A DNA stretch of 64,000 nt, from the NCBI GenBank assembly GCA_050732395.1, contig JBOHQX010000300.1, positions 6,312 through 70,311 of the forward strand. Reading direction: 5' to 3'. Of this stretch, positions 36,865 through 44,025 are shown in pieces; position 1 is the first letter of the stretch; each line of letters starts with the position of its first letter. The translations under genes were made by a program, and so were the position numbers. The DNA is from a bacterium. Its GTDB lineage: Bacteria > Zhuqueibacterota > Zhuqueibacteria > Zhuqueibacterales > Zhuqueibacteraceae. The notes beneath the pieces are model-generated. The model was not told where the DNA came from. It saw nothing but the letters and a program-made list of their open reading frames with translations, and made no database searches.

Positions 36865-39555
36865 ATGGAGCAGCGTATGCGATACTCTAGCAATTCTGCA
36901 TTGGCTTGGTGTGGGAGACTGGTGTTGTGGTGTGCCGGCTGGGCCAGGCTGAGCCCGCTGATCTGCCTGTTCTTCACCTCAAGGCTGTATGCACAAGCCG
37001 CGCCGAGCAATTTAACGGCGACGACGGCGAGCAACAGCCAGATTAATCTCATCTGGGTCGACAACTCAAACAATGAAATCGCGTTCGTCATATTTCGCGG
37101 AACTGTTAATGGCGGCCCCTATGCTCGCATCGACTCCGTCGATGTAAACACAACGACTTATTCCAACCTCGGTTTGACCGGCAATAGCACGTATTACTAC
37201 GTCGTTTGGGCCAAAAAAAATAACAGCCATTCGGGCTTTTCCAATCAAGCCAGCGCGACGACAAATCCGGATTTGCCCGCAACCCCGACCGGCTTGCTGG
37301 CGAATGCGACAAGCGCCAGCCAGATCAATCTGTCTTGGACGGATGCCTCGGGCACAAACAATCCCACCGCTCGTTTTCGCATTGAACGCAAGACCGGCCC
37401 AGGCGGAACGTACGCGCAAATTGACTCGGTTAACGCGCCGACCACCGTCTATTCGGACAATGGTCTGGGTGGAGGCACCCAATATTACTATCGCGTGCGT
37501 TCGGTCAACGTGACCGGATCTTCAAATTATTCCAGCGAAGCCAACGCGACGACGCAGCCTGCTTTACCAGCTCCCACTGGTTTTGTTGCCTCGGCCGTGA
37601 GTAATACTCAAATCAATCTGTCGTGGACGGACAACTCCAACAACGAAACCGATTTCAAGATCGAGCGCAAGAAAACAGGCGAAACCTCCTTCACGGAGAT
37701 TGCGACGGTTGGTGCGAATGTGACGAGTTACTCGAACACCGGCTTGCTCGGTAATCTCGTCTATTTCTATCGCGTGCGCGCCCATCGCGACGCCGGCTTT
37801 TCAGCCTATTCCAATGAGGACAGCGCAATAACCTTGATGAAAGCACCTGCGAATTTGGTTGCCACGGCCGTCGGCAACAGCCAAATTAATCTGGCGTGGA
37901 GCGATCAAACGGCCAGCGAAACCGGTTTCTCCATCGAGCGCAAGACCGGTGCTGCCGGCAGCTATGCGCAGGTGGGGACTGCAGGCGCGAACGCGACGAG
38001 TTTCTCGGATAATGGCCTGACGGTGAGCACGCAGTATTACTATCGCGTGCGCGCGACCAGTGCGATGAATGTTTCCGTATATTCGAACGAAGCCAACGCC
38101 ACGACGTTCAGTGGCCAGCCCGCAACGCCGGACAGCCTGAGCGCGACGGCGGTGAGCAACACGCAGATTAATCTGGCGTGGAAGGACAAGTCTTCCAACG
38201 AGGATGGTTTTAAGATCGAGCGCAAGCAAGGCGCCTTGGGCACGTATGCTGAAATTGCGACGGTAGGGCCGAACGTGAAGAACTATGCGAACTTCAGCGG
38301 TTTAAGCGTGAATGCCAAATACTTCTATCGCGTGCGTGCTTATAACGCGGCGGGCAATTCGGCCTATAGCAACGAAGCCAGCGCGACCACCTTGCTCAAA
38401 GCCCCGACCAATTTGACAGCCACTCCTGTCAGCAGCAGTCAAATCGATCTCGCCTGGACGGATCAAACCGCAAATGAAATCGGCTTTAAGATCGAGCGCA
38501 AGACCGGGTTTGGAGGCAACTATGCGGAAATTGCGACGGTCGGCGTGAATGTGACAAATTACTCGAACACCGGGCTGGCGAATGGTACGCAATATTTCTA
38601 CCGCGTACGCGCATTTAGCACCACCAATGTGTCGGCCTATTCGAACCAGGCCAACGCCACGACGTTCAGCGACCAGCCCGCGACGCCGGACAGCTTGAGC
38701 GCGACGGCGGTGAGCAACACGCAGATCGATCTCGCCTGGAAGGACAAATCATCAAACGAAGAGGGTTTCAAGATTGAGCGCAAGCAGGGCGCTTTAGGCA
38801 CGTATGCTCAGATAGCGACGGTGGGGCCGAACGTGACGAGCTATGCGAACCTCAGCGGTTTGAGCGCGAATACCAAATACTTCTATCGCGTGCGTGCTTA
38901 TAACGCAGCGGGCAACTCGGCCTATAGCAACGAAGCCAGCGCGACCAGCTTGCTCAAAGCCCCGACCAATGCGGTGGCCATCACCATCAGCAGCAGTCAA
39001 ATCGATATCGCATGGACGGATCAAACCACGAATGAAAGCGGCTTTAAAATCGAGCGCAAGACCGGGGCCGCGGGCACCTATGCGGAAATTGTGACGGTTG
39101 GTGCGAATGTGTCACTCTATTCGAACATCGGGCTGGCGGCGGGCACGCAGTATTTTTATCGCATACGCGCATATAGCTCCACCAATGTGTCGGCCTATTC
39201 AAAGGAAGTGAACGCCACGACTTCCGGACCCGCCAAGCCCGGCAGCCCGGACAACAGCAAAGCGGAGGGCGAGGAGAATGCTGCGATTCCCGAGGGCATT
39301 ACGCTGGCGCCGAACTATCCCAACCCGTTCAACCCGTCGACGACGATAGGGTATACATTGTCGGAAGGCACGCAAGTAAAGCTCATCGTGGTCAATATCA
39401 GCGGCCAGGTCGTTGCGGTCCTGGTCAACGGCTATCAGGGTGCGGGCAGGTATGACAAGATTTTTAAAGGCGGGGATTTACCTTCCGGTGTGTACTACGC
39501 CGTGCTGAAGGCGGGTGCGATTACGAGGACACAGCGGATGTTACTCACGAAATAA
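36865..39555 (+). CDS. secreted 8x fibronectin type III repeat protein with T9SS C-terminal sorting domain
   Basis: Signal-like N-terminus ending LYAQAAP. Eight units of about 95 aa carry (S/T)QI(N/D)L(S/A)W(T/K)D...F(K/R)IERK...Y(F/Y)YRVRA...YSNEA(S/N)ATT. The C-terminus is LAPNYPNPFNPSTTIGY...SGVYYAVLKAG...MLLTK. The start could be the ATG at 36865 or 36877, or the TTG at 36829. Confidence 0.85.
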   Translation: MEQRMRYSSNSALAWCGRLVLWCAGWARLSPLICLFFTSRLYAQAAPSNLTATTASNSQINLIWVDNSNNEIAFVIFRGTVNGGPYARIDSVDVNTTTYSNLGLTGNSTYYYVVWAKKNNSHSGFSNQASATTNPDLPATPTGLLANATSASQINLSWTDASGTNNPTARFRIERKTGPGGTYAQIDSVNAPTTVYSDNGLGGGTQYYYRVRSVNVTGSSNYSSEANATTQPALPAPTGFVASAVSNTQINLSWTDNSNNETDFKIERKKTGETSFTEIATVGANVTSYSNTGLLGNLVYFYRVRAHRDAGFSAYSNEDSAITLMKAPANLVATAVGNSQINLAWSDQTASETGFSIERKTGAAGSYAQVGTAGANATSFSDNGLTVSTQYYYRVRATSAMNVSVYSNEANATTFSGQPATPDSLSATAVSNTQINLAWKDKSSNEDGFKIERKQGALGTYAEIATVGPNVKNYANFSGLSVNAKYFYRVRAYNAAGNSAYSNEASATTLLKAPTNLTATPVSSSQIDLAWTDQTANEIGFKIERKTGFGGNYAEIATVGVNVTNYSNTGLANGTQYFYRVRAFSTTNVSAYSNQANATTFSDQPATPDSLSATAVSNTQIDLAWKDKSSNEEGFKIERKQGALGTYAQIATVGPNVTSYANLSGLSANTKYFYRVRAYNAAGNSAYSNEASATSLLKAPTNAVAITISSSQIDIAWTDQTTNESGFKIERKTGAAGTYAEIVTVGANVSLYSNIGLAAGTQYFYRIRAYSSTNVSAYSKEVNATTSGPAKPGSPDNSKAEGEENAAIPEGITLAPNYPNPFNPSTTIGYTLSEGTQVKLIVVNISGQVVAVLVNGYQGAGRYDKIFKGGDLPSGVYYAVLKAGAITRTQRMLLTK
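38104..39222 (+). repeat. tandem duplication of a two-FN3-domain unit (~560 nt x2)
   Basis: Domains 5+6 (38104-38661) and 7+8 (38662-39222) are much closer to each other than to domains 1-4. For example, TFSGQPATPDSLSATAVSNTQINLAWKDKSSNEDGFKIERKQGALGTYAEIATVGPNV matches TFSDQPATPDSLSATAVSNTQIDLAWKDKSSNEEGFKIERKQGALGTYAQIATVGPNV. Confidence 0.85.
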
Positions 39556-39597
39556 GGTCCGAGCAATCGCTCGTTGCAAGCGATGTAACAGTCGACG

Positions 39598-39640
39598 AAA
39601 GGCCGGTCGTGCCCCATGGGTATGGCCGGCCTTTTGTTTT
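39598..39640. terminator. bidirectional intrinsic-terminator-like hairpin between convergent genes
   Basis: aaaggccgg (39598-39606) pairs with ccggccttt (39626-39634), followed by tgtttt. A-run on the left and T-run on the right. It lies between the FN3 gene stop (39555) and the cytochrome gene stop (39723). Confidence 0.6.
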
Positions 39641-39722
39641 CTAATCAACATGCATGAATTGCCAACAACTTCGTTCGGTTTTGTGCTGGAAAAAGGCGAT
39701 GCTCGCCACTATAAACCATTGC

Positions 39723-40784
39723 TCAAAACATCGGATACTCACTCATAAACACATTTATCTTCCCGTTCATATGCTTGGTGCTGTCAGTGATCACCCCAAA
39801 GCCATCGACGACACCGAAATGACAATTCGTGCATGCCGTAATCGGAAAGGGGTTGTGCCCGGTGGGCGGAAGCCCGTGGCAGGAGCCACAAGAGGCCGTG
39901 GCCGGATTCGTCCAATTTGGCACAGCCGAGTTGCCGGTCATGACGTCAGCGGCGTACATGAATTCGTTATCCCCGGCTTGGGCTTTGCGCAGGCCCCAAT
40001 TGCCATGACAATAGCTGTTGCTGCACGTATTGGCGTTGAAATCATAAACAACTTGCGGCGCGCGATTGCCGCCTTCGGTTTTCAAATTGCTCAGCGGACC
40101 GTTGAATACCAGCTCGGCGCGGTTGTTGTCATCAATATGGCTCGCATCGGAAAAGTTGGTGGGCACAACGTGGCATTCCTGACAAATCTCGCGCGCGGGC
40201 AAGTGCTTGAAATAGCCGAGATGCGTTTGGTGCGCGCCCACGGCGGGTGTGGTGGAGCCGGTTTCTCCATCCAATCCTTCGGGCGGCGCGGCGTTGCGCA
40301 GATCCGCGGCATCACGGCCCGAATTACCGTGGCAATTATTGCAAGCCTCCGGACCGCCTTCCTGCGAGTGGCAAGTAACGCAGGAATTGTTCACTTTCAC
40401 TAGACTATAATCCTGGCCATGGCACGGTTGGCAAGAGGCCAAATCGTAATTATTGTTCTTCAAATAGACGTAATGCGAGCTCGAGCCCGACACCCAACCG
40501 GAAGCGGGGTGCGGGAAACTTGCATGGCAGGTGTAGCACGCGACTCCCGCCGTGCCACCGTCATATTGGCTGCCATGGCACGGGCGGCAATTTTCGGTAT
40601 TGTAGTTTTGCTTCGCCAGCACCGCGCCATGGAAGTTCGGCGAAGACGGGTCGAGCCAGCCTTCGCCGTGCACACTCACTTCGTTTTGCACGCCCGTAGG
40701 GGCATCTTGTGGCTCACTGCAAGCGTGGAACATGAGGGCGGCTAACGAGAGCAACACCACCAAAATTATTTGCATTCTTTTCAT
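39723..40784 (-). CDS. multihaem c-type cytochrome of the CxxxxCH/CxxCH (Geobacter-type motif) family, possible lipoprotein; 9 haem sites
   Basis: The ATG at 40784 gives MKRMQIILVVLLSLAALMFHAC (Cys after the signal-like segment). My count is 8 CxxCH (CRPCH, CYTCH, CQPCH, CVTCH, CNNCH, CQECH, CGSCH, CTNCH) plus 1 CxxxxCH (CSNSYCH), the latter followed by GNWG as in the named family. Confidence 0.85.
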   Translation of the reverse strand: MKRMQIILVVLLSLAALMFHACSEPQDAPTGVQNEVSVHGEGWLDPSSPNFHGAVLAKQNYNTENCRPCHGSQYDGGTAGVACYTCHASFPHPASGWVSGSSSHYVYLKNNNYDLASCQPCHGQDYSLVKVNNSCVTCHSQEGGPEACNNCHGNSGRDAADLRNAAPPEGLDGETGSTTPAVGAHQTHLGYFKHLPAREICQECHVVPTNFSDASHIDDNNRAELVFNGPLSNLKTEGGNRAPQVVYDFNANTCSNSYCHGNWGLRKAQAGDNEFMYAADVMTGNSAVPNWTNPATASCGSCHGLPPTGHNPFPITACTNCHFGVVDGFGVITDSTKHMNGKINVFMSEYPMF

Positions 40785-40826
40785 TTTATTCCCTTTGCGG
40801 GTAATGCCAACAAGTAAACCTTCTTT

Positions 40827-41166
40827 CAACACAGAGACCCAGAGTGCACGGAGTGTCACAGCGCGGCGTTGCCGCAACAAGAAAAACTCACGCAGAGCCT
40901 CGCAAAGATTCGCAGAGATTTCCGGCTGGCAAAGTCGCAACCAAAATCTTTGCTAAAATGCAAAGCTTTACAAGTTTGTATTACAGAGGAAGTACGCTCG
41001 CTCCGTTACTCTCTGTAATACAAAATTGTTGAACTTTGCTTTTTTAGCAAAGTTTTTGATTACGACTCTGCTGCCCTGTAAATCTCTGCGAGTCTTTGCG
41101 AAGCTCTGCGTGCGTCATTTTTTTTTGCGGCTACGCCGCGCTGTGCGCTCCGTGTCTCTGTGTTGG
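40827..41166. repeat. 340-bp imperfect palindrome (two ~160-bp arms, 22-nt centre)
   Basis: The left arm starts caacacagagac (40827) and the right arm ends gtctctgtgttg (41166). The centre is gtattacagag (40978-88) / ctctgtaatac (41011-21). Colinear blocks include cacgcagagcctcgcaaagattcgcagagattt vs the reverse complement cacgcagagcttcgcaaagactcgcagagattt. The arms match at roughly four in five positions by eye. Confidence 0.85.
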
Positions 41167-41348
41167 AAGGCTTTTGCGTTTTTATGCTGTACGAAGTACT
41201 TCAGCTTTCGGCTTGTTTGAAAGAATGATATAGTTCTTTTCCGAGCTATTTCGTGCGGTTCTGTGGCCGAGTCAACCAAGATCCCTACGGGATGACATAT
41301 CAAGGACTTCGTTGAAGACAGATTGCTCAGCGGGACATTGCGCTGCTA

Positions 41349-42569
41349 TCACTTGCCGCCCGGCGCGAGATTCGTATGGCAGATGACGCAAACGGGATCG
41401 CGGCCCTCCACGTCGTGGCAAGAGGCGCAGGATTCCATGTCCCGGCGTGCCAGCCTGGCATGCTGGCCGCCTTCGCTGCCCAAGCCGAGGAGCACGAAAT
41501 CGGGCGTGCGATGGCTGAGCGGAAATGGCGTCGCAAAACCGGCTTCTTGATTGCGCGCGTGGCATTCGGCGCAGAAGGTTTGCACGTTGTGGCACGAGTA
41601 ACAATCCGACTGCCTGGCGCGCAGATCGAGACTGTGTACGAACACATAGTTCAATTCGTGCACGTTTTCTATAACCAAGGGATTTTTGCCGGAAGGTTCC
41701 GGGCGATTTTCCGGCACACTGCGCACCGGAGCGCCACTGGTGAATTGTAATGTAGGCTCCGCGTGGCACTGCTGGCAAAAATTCTCGGTGTGGCAGGAAG
41801 CGCAGTCGTTGGAGGTATGCTCGGCACGCACCAAGCGCTTGTGCTCTTTAGCCCAATCCGGCAGGCGGTGCGAGAGCGGCAGCATGGTCTCTATTCTGGG
41901 ATGGCAAGATTCGCAGGCGTTGGTGGCTTTCGCATCGTTATGGCAGGAATAACACGTGGCCATGCTGGGCAGAAAGGCCACGCTGGGCTTTACCGATTTC
42001 TCAATGCCTTTATGGCAAACGGCGCAGTCGAGATCTTGGCTTTCGATATGCTGTTTGTGGCTGAAGACAATATCCTCGCGAGCAGGAGCTGCAAAGGCTT
42101 CGAGCTGATCAATATCCGTGTGACAATATTTGCAATCCTCCATATTCTCACTCTCGACCTCGGCATGGCAGGTCGAGCATTCGGCATGCTTCGGAAACAA
42201 CAGATCGCCGGCCTTTTCGCTGGTTTGCGCAGCGGCATGGCAAGCGTTGCATTCCGCGCCGACTTCTTCGAGGTGTTGTTTGTGTGAGAATTTAATTTTA
42301 GCCCACTGCGCCACGGGGTCGCCCCATGACGAGGGCCGGTCGTCACCCGCTCGCAAGATGGTCGCTATTGCCAATAGGCCCAATACGAAAACATGCGAGC
42401 AGGCGTTCTTGCCTCTCCGGACAAAAAGGCAAAAGCATACACGCAAAGATGCAGAGACGCAAAGGTCCGCAAAGAAAGCGCTTTGCACAATCTTTGCATC
42501 TCTGTCCCGCAGTCTCGGGATGCGCTTTTCTGTTTTGGGGATGCAGTTCGAAGGCCTAGTGCTGGACAT
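41349..42569 (-). CDS. dodecahaem c-type cytochrome (c7/c3-type domain polymer-like), periplasmic candidate; start uncertain
   Basis: I count 12 CxxCH: CNACH, CSTCH, CKYCH, CAVCH, CYSCH, CESCH, CASCH, CQQCH, CYSCH, CAECH, CASCH, CVICH. Recurring F(S)HKQH motifs are typical of c7-type units. The first ~50 codons of the track ORF translate a repeat-like sequence (ADLCVSASLRVCFCLF), so the true start is probably internal (hydrophobic HVFVLGLLAIATILRA). Confidence 0.85.
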   Translation of the reverse strand: MSSTRPSNCIPKTEKRIPRLRDRDAKIVQSAFFADLCVSASLRVCFCLFVRRGKNACSHVFVLGLLAIATILRAGDDRPSSWGDPVAQWAKIKFSHKQHLEEVGAECNACHAAAQTSEKAGDLLFPKHAECSTCHAEVESENMEDCKYCHTDIDQLEAFAAPAREDIVFSHKQHIESQDLDCAVCHKGIEKSVKPSVAFLPSMATCYSCHNDAKATNACESCHPRIETMLPLSHRLPDWAKEHKRLVRAEHTSNDCASCHTENFCQQCHAEPTLQFTSGAPVRSVPENRPEPSGKNPLVIENVHELNYVFVHSLDLRARQSDCYSCHNVQTFCAECHARNQEAGFATPFPLSHRTPDFVLLGLGSEGGQHARLARRDMESCASCHDVEGRDPVCVICHTNLAPGGK

Positions 42570-42582
42570 TTTTTCTCCCTCC

Positions 42583-43878
42583 TCATGATGCTGCGCTCAG
42601 TTTGGTGAAGAACCAATACTGTAGTCGAAACATGAAACGGACATCATTCTTATAGTAGCGATTGTGCAAGAGTTGGAACTGCCCGTCGAGCGTCAGTTTT
42701 TTCATGGGCCGCACAAGCAGGCCGGCAGCGCCGGAGAACAGGGATTCGCGCTCCGGAGCATCCCCATCTAGTTTGTACGTGGCCCAGGAGAGTTGCACAC
42801 TGGGCATGAACTGGTTGCGGCGCGTGGGATAATAAAACGAGGCGTTGAGGCCGTCCAGATTGCCGGCATAGCCGCCGCGATGCACGTAGCTGACACCGCC
42901 GTACTTCAGCTCCGTTCCCACCGTGAGGCGCAAGGATTCGTCGCCGGAGTAGAAAATTGCGGCAGCATTGCCATAAAGACGCAACGACGGTCGGTACTGG
43001 TAATAAAACCCGCCTTCGACCTCGTGGTTGTCTTCGACATTGAAAGCAGAAAAAATCGAATTCCAGGGCAGGCGGGGAGAGCGGTAGATATAATTGCCGG
43101 TCAAAATCATTTCGGGCGAGATTTCCGCGCGCACGGAAAGATCGCCACGCGCCAGCTCTTCGGCGTGAAAATCATAATCGCTGCGAGCATACAGAGAAGT
43201 TTTGGCATTTACGAACCAGGAGGCGTCGAGCGAGCCCAATCGAGACGCGCGATCCGTGGGCTCGACGTAGAGCGTAAACACGTTGCCCACGGAATCTGCC
43301 CGCTGTGCATCGTAGCCGGGACGCAATTGCCGTTTATCAAAAAAGCTAAGGCTCAGATTCAAATCTGTCTTCGGGGTCCATACCGCTTGTCCGCCGGCCA
43401 TGTAATTTTGGTCGAAATCGTCGATCACTTTGACGCGCTGATCGGCCGGCAGCAAGCCGCCTCCGAATGCTTTCAGGCGTAACCAGGGCGCGGCCCGCAC
43501 CTTGATTTGCGCGCCGTCAATCGTACCCACCGCCACACCGCCGAAAACCGGTTGGCGGCCAAACTGTACATCGACGCGCTGCGCAATGTTCTTCCACTCC
43601 AAATACAAATTGTACATGCGCGCCTTGCCGTCGCCGGCGAGCGGGGTGCTGAAATCGGTGTCAAACTGACCATAGCTGCGCACCAGAATGTTTTTCGTGG
43701 AGAAATCGATTTGATAGGCCTGGTAACCGCGCGCAGAACTGGATTCGATGTTGATCGAGTCGCTGCGCTGGAAGGCATACAACGAGCTGGTGAGCCGGCC
43801 GGAGAGTGTTTGCGCGTTCGACATCGAAGGCAAGGCAAGGCTGAGCAACAGCAGGCAAATATTTCGCAATCGCGTCAT
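42583..43878 (-). CDS. outer-membrane beta-barrel (porin-like) protein
   Basis: Signal peptide MTRLRNICLLLLSLALPSMSNAQ. It shows alternating aromatic/hydrophilic strand patterns throughout (YAFQRS, YQAYQIDFS, VRSYGQFDTDFS, LYLEW, YARSDYDF, FYYQYRPSLRLYGNAA, RFMFRLQYWF). The stop is 13 nt from the maximal start of the 12-haem gene. Confidence 0.7.
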   Translation of the reverse strand: MTRLRNICLLLLSLALPSMSNAQTLSGRLTSSLYAFQRSDSINIESSSARGYQAYQIDFSTKNILVRSYGQFDTDFSTPLAGDGKARMYNLYLEWKNIAQRVDVQFGRQPVFGGVAVGTIDGAQIKVRAAPWLRLKAFGGGLLPADQRVKVIDDFDQNYMAGGQAVWTPKTDLNLSLSFFDKRQLRPGYDAQRADSVGNVFTLYVEPTDRASRLGSLDASWFVNAKTSLYARSDYDFHAEELARGDLSVRAEISPEMILTGNYIYRSPRLPWNSIFSAFNVEDNHEVEGGFYYQYRPSLRLYGNAAAIFYSGDESLRLTVGTELKYGGVSYVHRGGYAGNLDGLNASFYYPTRRNQFMPSVQLSWATYKLDGDAPERESLFSGAAGLLVRPMKKLTLDGQFQLLHNRYYKNDVRFMFRLQYWFFTKLSAAS

Positions 43879-43933
43879 TGTGCGCCGCCTCGGGGCATGT
43901 GTACAATTCTTGCCGTTTAATCCCCACGTGTTA

Positions 43934-44005
43934 TGTCATGCTGGAAGCATCTTTTTCAGTACGGCCGTGGGGCTCGATGCTTGAAAAGATCCTTCCAGGA
44001 TGACA
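43934..44005. repeat. inverted repeat, inner-core member of the TGTCATGCTG... family
   Basis: tgtcatgctggaagcatctttttc (43934-57) pairs with gaaaagatccttccaggatgaca (43983-44005). It lies between the T9SS cytochrome stop and the barrel gene start. Confidence 0.75.
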
Positions 44006-44025
44006 TTGAGACGAACCGGATAGCC

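Noticed and set aside
39654-40745. Plus-strand ORFs of 249 and 108 aa
   Set aside because: They are antisense to the CxxxxCH/CxxCH cytochrome gene. Their His/Cys-poor, Ala/Arg-rich translations are non-informative.
41376-42608. Several plus-strand ORFs (124, 174, 152 aa) and alternative minus-frame ORFs
   Set aside because: They overlap the 12-haem gene. Only the chosen frame carries the 12 CxxCH motifs.
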